DNA of 64,000 bases from Lama guanicoe (lineage: Eukaryota): contig MU053504.1 of the NCBI GenBank assembly GCA_013239625.1, positions 1 to 64,000 on the forward strand. The letters run 5' to 3'. Below, one piece after another: positions 24,875 through 36,730 of this stretch. The notes beneath the pieces are model-generated. The model was not told the origin of the DNA. It searched no databases and was given only the letters and a program-made list of their open reading frames with translations. How positions within the stretch are numbered: position 1 is the first letter of the stretch; each line of letters starts with the position of its first letter. The translations under genes were made by a program, and so were the position numbers.

Positions 24875-26730
24875 GGGCAGAGCAAGGAAATCTCAAGTAT
24901 GGAATGGAGAGATCCTGGAGGGCCAGGGTGTGGGCAGGCTCTTGAAGGATCAAGCCACGAATGGTGCAAGGATGGTGCAGATGTAAAATGGTTAGCAGAG
25001 GGATGAGGTACCACAGGAGGGAGAAGGAGAAAAAGAGACACAAGCAAGGCGGAGCCAGGCTTGAGAAAATCTCCTCCTCCTGGGCCTTATTTTCCTCATT
25101 TGTAAAGTAAGCATAACAATATCTGCCTTGCAGCGTTGTTGGAATGATTACTAGAGATGACATAAGTCAAGTGCCCATGAAGAGGCCTGGCTCATGGAAG
25201 CTTATCAGATATCAGTTTCATTCCTCTCTCAGGAGAGAGGGAGTCACAAAATAGCGGCGCTGGAAGGACCCTCAAAAATATTCATGGTGACACATGCGTA
25301 TTCATGAACTGTTCACACATCATCCATCAATCTATCCAGCTATCATTTATCCATCTTTATACATCCATTCAAACACCAACAATTCATTTATCACCCCTTC
25401 ACCATCCATCTAGCCAAATGTCTATTCATCCTTCACCCACCGATTATTCCTTATCCATCATCATGCATTCACCACCAGCCCACTAACCATCTACCTATCA
25501 TCCATTATCCATCCTTCATCAATCTATTTATCATCCATATATCCATCCAGCCAGCCACCCAGCCATCATAATTCCATCTGCCCATTTATTCTCCATCCAT
25601 CATTCATCTGTCCATCATTCACCAGCCGTTAATAGCCACCCACCATCTTTCATGCATTCATTAGTTCCTCATCCATCCATTCTTTATGCATCTATTTATT
25701 CCTCATCCATCATCGTCCATTATTCCACTTGTCATTTATCTTTCACTATTTCTCATGCATTAAGTATCCATCCAACATATATTCCTCATTCATTTCTTCA
25801 TATCTATCATTCAGAAGCCAATCATCAACTCACCAAACCATTCTTTATCCATTCCTCTTCCATCTACCAGCCAGCTTTCATTCACTCTTTTACTAAATAT
25901 CATTTATTAGCCATATCTGTCATCATCTATGCAACTGACATCTATAAAACTACATACAATTAATCTAAACATTTCATCATCCATTTGTATCCATCTATTG
26001 TGTTGTCTATCCATTTATGTTTCATTTTCCATGTCATCTGTCAGGTAATCTGCATTAGGGATACAGACTAAGTAAACTACAATTTGTCCTCAAGTAGTTC
26101 AGAGTCTAGTAGAGAAAGACAGACAAGTCAGGATGTAGTTAGACATAAGGTGATGGCTGCTATAATATTGGAATGATTGTACAAAGCACTGTGGGGGGTT
26201 GGGGGGAACACAGAGGAGAGAGCCACAAACTCTGTTTGAGGAAACAAAAGAAGGGTTACAAAGGGGGTGGTGGTTGAACTTGGTCTTGAGGAATGAGTAG
26301 AAGTACAACTGCTGTTTTTGAGGAGGGGAACACTCAAAGCAGGGAAGTGAGTGTACAACTGTATTGAGAGCAACAGGGCAGACACTTGTAACCAGGTCTG
26401 CAGCCTCCTAGTTGAGTCGTTTCCACTTCCCAAATCTTGGAAGACATGTGAGTGAGGAAAACCAGCCTCAAAGCAGGGAAGAGGCTGCTGTTTCAGGAGC
26501 TGGCTGTAGTTGGAGTGGTGAAGAGGATTTCCTTAGACCTCAGCCTCAGCACCTCTCCATTCAGGGAGAGGCAACAGCAGAAGCTCCAGGAACTGGCACG
26601 GATTTCACAAAGGGAAGGAAAGAGTGGCTTGGGAGGAAGGGTGAGGTGAGAAACACTTAGGTGTTAGCTTCTTAGGTGAAGTTGGATCAGAAAAGAGACC
26701 CCTAGTATTTCCTTGTTGCCTTTACTCAGG
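24875..26730 (+). pseudogene. COLFI (fibrillar collagen C-propeptide) remnant
   Basis: GQSKEI-K (24875-24897). NGARM/CRCKMV (24960-24993). PNLG (26430-26441). RKTSLKA (26455-26475). tttcag|ELAVVGVVKR / DFLR / QHLSIQ (26497-26564). RNWHG (26588-26602). ttcttag|V..DP* (26676-26705). These match in order recalled clade C motifs EIFK, NPARVCR..C..KMV, DPNLGC, GQTCLKP, VGKVQMNFLH, QHITIHC, FRAWNG and QDPQ. Confidence 0.8.
25300..26040. repeat. Degenerate (CCAT/TCAT)n low-complexity tract
   Basis: About 740 bp dominated by catc/ccat/tcat units. Confidence 0.9.
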
Positions 26731-29700
26731 TAATCAATAATAATACTGTTATACTCTCGCAGCCAGGTTTTATTGAGCACAGACTATGTGTTAAACACTG
26801 TGCTCTGAGCTTTCCATGCATTATTTCATTTTGTCCCCTACCCCCAGAAACTCTGAGAGGTGGTTATTACTTTTATTCCCATTTTATAGATGAAGAAACT
26901 GAGTCTCTGAGAGGTTAAGCTAGGATTTAAACCTAGTTCACATGGCTCCAAATTCCGTGTCTTTCCCATTTCTCTTTGCTGCCCCTCTCTCATGGTTCTT
27001 TGGCTGTGGTATATGTTTATGTTAGCCACTCAGCATGAGGGATGAGTAGGGAAGAAGGAGGGGCCATAGGAAGAGGAGAATCATACATGATTTAGGCAAA
27101 ATTACTCATGTACTAAAATGTATGCTCTATCATATTGAAGAATCTCTCTGTACCAGAGACTTTTAAACAGTGCCTGGCACAAAGTAGACAATAAATATTT
27201 GTTCTTGTTTGAATTCTATTGCAAAGAAAATAGATGACCAACTAGAATATAAACCATATAGGCTCATTTGTTCTAACACAAATCTTCAGTAACAGTAGCA
27301 TTAACAAAGCCGAATTTTACTTCTCTCAGGTCTGGGTGTAAAGAATCTAGGACTAGCTCGGTGGAGTTGGGGTCCCAGGGTTCTGTCTTGTAGCTCTGCC
27401 ATCCCTGGGACATTGCCTGGTGCCAGTGGTCTCAGATGGCTCCCTCACATCAATACCATAGCGAGTGGGCTGGGGGAAAGGCAAGGGGTAGCCATGACTT
27501 AGGAGATGTACATGACACTCTCACTGGTTAGAATTTATTCACGTAGCTAGAACTAACTGTGGGGAGGAAGCTGGGAAATCGAGTTTTATTTTGTGTGGCT
27601 AAGTGTCCCGCTAAAAGTCTGAGGTTTTATTTCTATACGAGAAGGGAAGAGCATGTATAAGGGGCAATTGGTGGTCTCTGCCACAGATGAGGAGCAGATG
27701 TGTGGGCACCGGTAGTCTTCATGGTATGAAGACTCCAAAGGGACAGATGTCCTCTCTTCCAGTAGACTGCAAGCTCCCTGGGCAGGGGGCTACACGTAAC
27801 CGCCCTGATATCCCTGGAGGCTTCTAGCTCAGACTGAAGAAGGAGGACCTCTCAGACCTTGGATAGCGATCTGATGATTTGATGGAATCAGAACGAGTAG
27901 GTTAGAGGGTTTTTGCCTGGTGATGGTCACAATGGAGAGGACTCAAGGTCAGGCTGGGCGTCCGGGAGGTGCCAGCAACAGTGGAGGGACTCAGGAAGGT
28001 GATCTGTGAGAGGGCTGGATTGGGTGAAGGGGCAGAGAAGAGTCTGCGAAGGAGGAGGCAGCCTTGGGGGAGGAAGGGACAGTGTAGTAATCACAGCTCT
28101 TCCTCAGTAGAATGCTCAGCAGCCCACGCAGCATCTTGGCCTCTGTCACCTCATCAGCGAGGACAGATGGCGCCTGAAGTTGAGCAGGGGATGTGGGGTG
28201 CGTCTTGAATGCCACCAGCCCATCCTATTCCTGCCAGAGAAAATCAACCCTAGTTTCCTCCCTCCCTCCCGCCTTCCTTTCTTTCTTTCTCTTGCTTTCT
28301 TTCTTGCTTGCTTTCTTTCCCTCTCTGTTTATTCAATTTGTCCCAGAAATTTGAATCCTTCTTCCAGAAAGAATACTATCTTTTACTGGGAACTTTAAAG
28401 AGGTATTTAATTCTGTTCTAAACTGGGCAGCACATAACCCATTTTCTCTATATATGTATATATACATATTCAAGATATATACACATGTATATGTACATAT
28501 ATATGCACACAGGCATACATATATAGCTATATAAAATCACCTACTATGTGGCAGTGCTAGCCACCCTGCTAGTCTCTGGGGAACACGGTGATGAGCAAGT
28601 CAGACAAGATCTTGCCCTCATGGAGCTTATGGTCAGGAGAGACAGACAATACACAAATAAAGGCACAAATAACTATCATTATTACGTTATTAAGTCAGTG
28701 CTACGGGAAGTACAGATTGCTCTGAGAGCATACTCACTATTCATTCCAGCATTCGTTATCCAAAGATTTAACAAGAGAGATTCTGTATGTTAAAATAATT
28801 TTTACAAAAGAATAAAATCATGCCTTTTGTTCAAATATAAAATGAACATGTGTGAAAGTTTGTATTTAAGTTATCAATTTGTGAGGGAACCAATCAGGTG
28901 TTAAAAACTAGTTGGAAAGAGAATCCAAAGAGAAGATATTTATATTTATATCTATATGAATGCTGAATTAATTAAATTAATTTGCTAAAGATGCAAAACT
29001 ATTTTCTTCCAAGAGAGCTGGGGTGGGAGGATCAGTTGTACCTGGAGCAGATAAAACTTATTTGCATCTCTATGAACAAGAATTATTTGTGTCATTCTCC
29101 ATCTCGTTATGACTTACGGAGATGTACAATCACTCAGAGGTAAGGAAAGGCATCGACCACCGTAGAATCAGTTAACCTGAAATGAGGTGAAGACAGTGCA
29201 TGGCATTGGACAGTCAGTAATCTTTGTCGAGTTTTTTTGTTGTTGTTTTTTGCCATTTCAAAGCCTTTCACAATTTTCCCTGATGTGTCAGACCTGTACG
29301 AGGTACTGGTGATAGAGAGGCAAACCACACAGACACAGTATCTCCCTCAGGGAGAATGTTGTAAGTTCCCTTCTGTTCTAATAGTGGGGCAGAGGGCTGG
29401 GGAAAGACAATTTTTGGAAGCCAAACTAAGCCTTTCCCATTTTTGTCTAAGAGATTACAAAAGCACTTTGTACCTTGAGAAAGACCAGGGCTCCTCTGTC
29501 TTGTTTGAAATCCTCAAATAAGCAAAGCCTTGAGGCTTCTCTGTGAATTACTGACTCTCTAACAAAAACAACTTTATTTCTTACTTCTGCAAAACTCTAT
29601 CTGAAAATACATGATTATGTTTGCAGATATAATAATCAAGTGAGAAAAGTGTTGCTTTTTCTGCCATGGACAGACTAATCCTTGGTAATTTTTTCCCTTG

Positions 29701-29950
29701 AAATAGCTGTTGTGTTTTTTATTTGGTGATTTAACATTCTAAATCCTGGACCCTCTTGTAAAACTTCTTTTCAGGTACTTTTTTTTTTTTTGGATTTCTA
29801 ACTGCTTTTGTCTCTAAATTTTCTTTGAGACAAGCTGTTACACACACACACCAAATAACCAGGATATAGATTGTTGTAAGTGCCATGAAATAAAGAAGTG
29901 TAGTGATACAATCAAGATGAACTTGGGAAGAGAGAAGGATTGCTTTAGAT

Positions 29951-30157
29951 CAAAGGTCAGCAAACTTTTTCTCTCAGGGACCAGATAGTAAATATTTCAG
30001 GCTTTGAGGGCATGCGGTCTCTGTCACAGCTCTCAGCAACCATAGACAATATGTAATATGTAAATCAATGTGCATGGCTGTGTTCCAATAAATCTTTATT
30101 TGCAAAAACAGGCATTGGGCAAGATTTGGAATATGGGCCATTGTTTGCTAATCCCTA
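29951..30157. mobile_element. MER58-like hAT MITE
   Basis: caaaggtcagcaaacttttt..ccagatagtaaatatt..ggctgtgttccaataaa.ctttatt..gtttgctaatccct. Confidence 0.8.
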
Positions 30158-33100
30158 CTTTAAATAATGAGGTCTTGCAAGACCTTCCTGAGAAGATGAT
30201 ATGTAAGATGAAGCCTGAAGAATGAGAAAAAGCTGGCATTCCAAGCAGTGTGGACAGGATGTGCTAAGGCCCTGTGGTAGAAAAAAGTTCAATGTATTTG
30301 AGGAACAGTAGAGGGGCCAGTGTTGAAAGTGCAGTGACTGAGGGGAGTGTGGTAGGAGATGAGGTCAGCGATGTTGGCCAGGGCTGTGTCATTCATGTGA
30401 CTTGTGGGCCACAGTAAGGAATTTGGATTTTATTCTAAGAGCATCAGGAAGCTATTGTAGGGCTGTAAGTTGTGGAGTGACTTTATCAGATTTTAAGTTG
30501 GAAAAGATAACTGTGGCTGCTGTAAATTGGAGGGGGACAAAATAGGTGGGTGAGACCAGCCAGGAGGATATAATAGTCACTTGGGCAAAAGGTGACAAGA
30601 GACATGGCAGAATGGCTCTGGAAATGAAGGGAATTTTTGGACTTGTGGGGTGGGCAGGGGCGATGTGGGATTCATCTCAGCAAGACCATCCCCTCCTCCC
30701 ATTTCCTGCTGCATATGCCTGAACTCCTCTCCCTGGGGACCAGGCCTCATGATGTGGCCCCCATGACCTTCTGGCCTCATCCTTTCTACTCCTGCCTTTT
30801 GCCTCACTCCCCTTCCTCCCCAGGAGAACATGCAAGGTTCTACCGCAGAGCCCCCACCTCTCCTGCCCTTACATAAGGTGTGTTTACTGTCTGGCTCCTG
30901 GCATCTCACTTTTCTCTCTGGCCACTGTTTTCCCCTCTAGACCACAAGCTCTTTGAGGGCAGGACTTACTGATGATCCCTCCCCATGGGAGTGAACAAAG
31001 CCATGGAGTCCTGGTAAACATTCGCTGACTGAATAAATGAACAGACTCCTATAGCAGAGGGCTCCATCCAAGGTTTGTGCTAATGTTCCTTGAATTGATT
31101 AATTTATAAGAGAGTAAATGAGTGAATGAATGAACTCAGTGCCTAACTTGAAGTCTGCTTACAGAACAGGTGCTGATAAATATTTGTCTTTATTGTTTAG
31201 AATTTGAGTCAGTAATATTTTCATACAGTTCAAAAATATAAAAAGGGATACTGTGAAGAGGCTCATTTCCACTTGGTTTCTCAACTGTCTGGTTCCTACC
31301 ACTTTTGTTAGTTTCTGATCTTTCCAGAGTTTCTTCGTGCAAACATACGCAAATGAGAACTGTGTTGTTATCCCCCGGGGCAATGCTTGGTGAGGGTAGT
31401 TGGGACTGAGCAGGCAGAGATTCTTCTGACCATCCCTCACTGACCCTGAAACATGAACCAGAGCCCCAAGCTCGGGCTCCATCCGGACTGGGGCTCTGAA
31501 CCCCACACCGCAACCTGGCCTGTGTGCAGGGGAGGCGCAGCCCCTCCATGGACGAGACAGCCGGGTCCACAGCTTCCTAAACGTGGGCTGAGTGGGACAG
31601 GTCCCACCTGAGCTGCTACCAGGGGGAGCCACGCCCACCTTAAGTTAAGAACAACTGAGCCCAGAGTGGAATTTTCCTCCCTTTCCCATTTTCCTTCAAC
31701 TTGACACAAAGGAGAAAGTCTCTGTTGAATGCTGGTGTGTTTTTAACACCTCTCTTAACACTTACTTCCCTTTTTAACAGAGAGCCGGCCTCTGAGCCTT
31801 CAGCAGGCAGCCGGATCTGGCGGGAATTTAATGACATTGTTTTGTTTTCATTGTACTTATTTTTATGGTTACCTTCTATTTATGGCACGAGATACTGGTT
31901 TTCCATTTATGGAGGGATTTAAAGTTCCCTTTTGAAATGAATATATTTATGTTTTTAAAAGAAAGTTCATTTAAAGAAAAAAATATTATGTAACTGGGAG
32001 CACAGGTGGTACCCAGACATGGAAAAAGTTGTAAAGGAGGCCATGATGGGCTGAAAAGGAGGAAATGCCTCTCAGCTCAAAGGCCTCTCCCAGCCCCTGT
32101 TGAACAGAAAGGACCACTGAGGCTTAGTGAGGGGAAGGGACTTTCTCAAGGTCATGTGGATGACATGGACTGAGAACTGGACCTCCTGATCCCCCTGTGG
32201 TGGGGACATTCTGTGCCAGTGGGGTAGAGCAGAGGTCAGGGATCGTGTGCACTCCCATGGGCCTGGCCACTGCCCTGGCGGGGGTCAGGGTCTTTCCAGA
32301 GCTGGCCAAGTCACAGACTGAGTGCAAAGAAGGCCCGGTCCTGAAGAAGAGGAGAGAAGACATGCTGGTGTTCATCAAGCAGTCCATGTGCTAGACCCCG
32401 TGTTGAGACTTTGCCTCAAGGGAACTCAGAAATTCAGGGGGAAGACACAGCCTACAAAAATAACTCAAGTTTCTGGTGGCAGCATGGCGAGTGCTCCAAC
32501 AGAGGCATAGCTCTCATATCTACAGCTAATGACATCTGAGGCTTTTGCCTGCTGAGAGGCCATTTCCCATTTTCCCATTTTCTTTTGGAAATTTACTCCC
32601 TTCCCCATTCTCGGTGCTTGTAGCTCAGGCAAACCCACGCTGACTTCAGAGATGGGCACAGGACCAGGCCTGGCTAATCAGAACACTTTGTCCCTCTCGC
32701 CATAGGGATTGGCACAAGGTTGGTCATGTCATCCAAGGCGGGCCCGTAGGAGCCTTCCCTTGAACTTTTGCTGCAATTACTAGTAAAAGGGCCCACTCCA
32801 AAGGGGTTTCTAAAAGGATGAGTCATGATCCAGAGCTGCTGGCAGTCACCTTTGCCACCAAAAGAGGAGAGGCTCTCTGAGAATGAAGCTGACATCCAGG
32901 AAAGCAGGGATGAGAGATGGAGAGACATTTCTAATGATATCATAACGTCACCTGGATTCAGCCATGAAATCAGTGCCCTGAACTCAGTTCTGGAAACCAT
33001 AACTTACCTTCCCACTCCTCTCACCCTTCATTAGCTACTTTGAATTGGATTTCTGTCACTTACAACCAAAAGAGACCTGGCCAATTCCAGGCAGAAGCAC

Positions 33101-36013
33101 AGTGTCATGGGAAGGTAGGAAAGGGAGAGTGGTTGGGGTGATGACGTTTCTTCTGGGAATCCTTTCTTGTGGAGGTGAGATTGAGCAGAGTTTTGAAAAA
33201 TGAAGATGGTTTTTTTTAATAGTCACAGGGTTTTTTTTGTTTTTTGTTTTACAGTTGTACATTTGTGTTTATTTTAACTATTATAATGCTGGTTGACAAG
33301 TTGAAAAAAAAAGAAAGTTAAAAAAACCCACCCAAATCCCATCACCCAAAAATCCTCTTCAAATCCTTTTCTGCAGTTACATATACAATCATTGTTTTCA
33401 TTATAAAGTCGAGATCATGTTATACATTTAGAAGTTTTGCTCCTTATTTAAACTGAGGTGTAATTTACATAAAGTGGAATATATAGCTGTTAAGTGTACC
33501 TTTTGATGAGTTTTTTTTATTGAAGTATAGTCAGTTTACAACATTGTATCAATTTCTGGTGTATAGCATAATAGTTCAGTCATACATATACATACGTATA
33601 TTGATGCATAAAGAAGAAGTGATCTTTCCAGTGAGGCGAGCTGCTTGGGCAGTGGAAGAGTGCTGGAAGCAGCACAGTGAGAGTGGCTGGAGAGAGGAGG
33701 GAGCCGGAGAAGTGGTGGGGGAGGGGCTGGCAAGGAGGGATTGTGCAGAAATTTCATCTTTTCCTCTGCCCGTGTCCTCCTTCTCTGAAAGAACGCCCTT
33801 CCTCAGTTAATTTAGCCACAATCATTTAGTAAGCACCTACTATATGCCAGGCACTCTCGGAGGGCTGGAGAGCTCACAGTGGACACCACAGGCCAAGTGC
33901 ATGCCCTCTTGTAGCTTCCATGCGAATCAAAGGAGATGGGTACCAAACATGATAAATAATTAAGTCTCATAGTCTCAGGTAGTAAGAACTTGTGAAGGAA
34001 AACTAGACAAGTGTGGATAAAGATTGGCGGAGAGCTGTTTTGGATGATGCAACGTTCTGACAACCGATGGTGGTGATGGTCTGCAATATTGTGAATGACT
34101 TAATGCCCCTGAATTGTACACTTAAAATGGTTAAAATGGTGAGTTTTACGTTATGTTCATTTTACCATAATGAAAAATAGATGAGTGGAGGGGTGTTATT
34201 TTAGCGAGTGTTGTCAGGGCAGGCGTCCTTGAGGAGGTGACATTTAAGCAAAGATCTGAACGAAGGGAATTAGTGAGACTTGAAGATACACAGGGAAGAG
34301 CAGTCCAGGCAGAGGGAACTGCAAAGGCCAAGGCCGTGAGGCTGGGGTGTGCCTGGTGTGTTCTAAGAACTGTCAGGAGGCTGATGTGCCTGGGGCCCAG
34401 AGATCAAAGGGGCAGGAGGGAGGGAGATGGGGCCCGAGTGGGTGGGGTGGGGGTTGGGGAGCAGGAACTACTGTGCTGGAAGAGAACTTTGGATTTGGTT
34501 TTAAGAGTGATAGAAACTCTTGCAGGTTTGGGCAGGGGAGGGTCAGGAGTTGGCCCTTTCTACTCAACTTTTCCCTCTCTCCAACACTCCATCAGTCTCT
34601 TAATTGGGCGGTTATCTCTTTGCTTCCTGACTCTGCTTTCTGGGCTGCTGCCCTCTTCTGCCTGCCTCCATGACCACCCCCTAGTTGAGGTTATCATTTT
34701 TACATGGATGACCCAAGTGGCCTCCAATTGGCCTTCATGCCTCCTGCTGACTGGGTCTCCACCGTGGTCACCAGGGGCTTTTTCTACCTGTGCCAATGAC
34801 TAGTCCTTCCCTTGGTGAGAACCAAGGCTCCCCACTTCCCAGTCCCACCCTGTCCAGCTCTCCAGTCTCTTCTCTCCTAACCCCTCAACACTTCAGCCAC
34901 TCTGAGCCTCCCACGAGGTCCCCCTGCTGCCTCAGGCCCTCTCTCTCCTCAAGGCTGTTATATGTACTCTCTTCTACACAGGGTCCTTTTTACTTAGAGA
35001 ATCTCCCCTATCATCCTTCAAGAGTCACCCCAGCACCACTCTTGGCAAAGACTTCCCAGATAACCCTCCTCTCCCTGCCCCAGGCTGCCTTAGCTGCCTC
35101 CTTTCCTGTGTTCCCTTCCCTGCCTCTTCCACCTCAGAGCCCACAGCACAGTCATGCATGGCTGCTTGATTTAGTTTGATTTTTTTTTTTAAAAGCCTCT
35201 CCTCATCTCCATGAAACCCCCAGTTCCCTGCCCATAGTACGTTCTCAATACTATTTGTTGAATAAATGCATGAATTTGGAGTATATCTTGCAGAAATAGC
35301 AATAGCTAACCTGGGTGAAGGATTTGCTATGTACCATGCTAAACACTTCAGAGTCTGGATCTGATCTATTTTTCACAATCCTAGGAGGAAGCCACTATAA
35401 TTAGCTCCATTTTAGAGATGAGAAAACCAAGGCTTGGTGAGATTCATCAATTTCCCCACAGCCCTGGAACTCAAAAGCAGCAGAGCTGGCAGGGCAGAGT
35501 GCCCAGTTCAAAGCCACAGGCACATCATACAGACAGGGGAGGTGTCTTAGTGTTATTGTGTGCATTGGTAGGGTTTCCAGGAGTCTCTGACCTTCATATG
35601 AAGCTCAGTTGTCCATGAGCTGTTTTTCAAGAGCAGCTTCATTGCTTTCATCAGTGTCAGATGGGTTCTTGATAGTCCCTACATTTAAGATGCCCTTCTG
35701 CATAGAAGAGAAGGGTGGAAAGCTTTTGAGTATTGGACAGATGAGGTCCAAGCTATACTTTGGAAAGATCTTTTTGGCAATTCACAGCAGTATTATTCAT
35801 AAAGGAAAAAAATTAGAAATAGCCTTAATGTCCACCAAGAGTGGACACATTAATTATATTGTGGTACATCCTTCTGTTGAAGGGAATACCATGCAGCTGT
35901 AAAGATGAATGAGGAATCTCTTTAGGCACCAATATGGAATGATTCCAAGATATATTTTTTTAAGTCAATGATGTGAAGTTCTGACCAGGGTGTATAAGAA
36001 GCTTCCACTTTTT

Positions 36014-36730
36014 GGGGGAGGGTGGGAGTATGGCTCAATGGTAGAGCACATACTTAGCATGCACGAAGTCCTGGGTTCAATCTCCAGTACATCCATTAAA
36101 AAAAAAAAGCTTTCATTTTTTTTTAAAAGGGAGGGGTTAAGATTATACATCTAGATTTGCTTCTATATGCATAGAATATCTTTGACAATATTCACAAGAA
36201 AATGGCCAATGGAAACTTTACCTCAGACAGTTTTTATGAAGATGAAACATGTTAATATTAGGTAATAGCTTAGAATAGTGCCTGGAACATAGTAAGCACT
36301 AGAGGAGATTTTGTTGAATAAAATAAAAGAGGGGTTGCCTCAGGAGACAGGAAGGAAGTGATGGGGGATTGGTGAAAGGCTTATTCTCACCTGATATTTT
36401 TTTCTTGGATATTTTAATTTTTTTAGTCTTTTTTGTTTTTTGGGGGGGGTGATAATTAGGTCTATTTATTTTATTATTAGTTTTTTTTCTTTTAATGGAG
36501 GTACTGGGGATTGAACCCATAACCTTGTACATGCTAAGCACATGCTCTACCACTGAGCTATGTACTTTCCCCTTGTTATTAAAATTTTTAAATTTATTAT
36601 TGTATTATTTTATTTTGGTGGGGTGGGGAGATAATTAGGTTTATTTATTTTTAGAGGAGGTACTGGGGATTGAACCCAGGACCTTGTGCATGCTAAACAC
36701 ATGCTTTACCACTGAGCTATATACTCCCCC
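36014..36730. mobile_element. Cluster of three Vic-1-like SINEs (one +, two -)
   Basis: Copies at about 36014-36106 (+), 36420-36572 (-) and 36600-36730 (-). Confidence 0.88.

Larger units (their letters stand above)
3172..26730 (+). pseudogene. Ancient unprocessed pseudogene of a clade C-like (COL24A1/COL27A1-like) fibrillar collagen
   Basis: Collinear same-strand remnants: TSPN (3.2-3.7 kb), Gly-X-Y exon relics (8.3-24.1 kb), COLFI (24.9-26.7 kb). Many stops, frameshifts and Gly-codon substitutions, with some intact AG/GT splice sites. Confidence 0.82.

Noticed and set aside
24904..24950. WRDPGGPGC as the COLFI YWIDPNLGC motif
   Set aside because: It is out of order relative to the NxAR.CR motif. 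The better-placed match is PNLG at 26430.
25300..26040. Possible repeat array or His/Ser/Ile-rich coding region
   Set aside because: Degenerate (CCAT)n simple repeat with no repeat-spacer structure.
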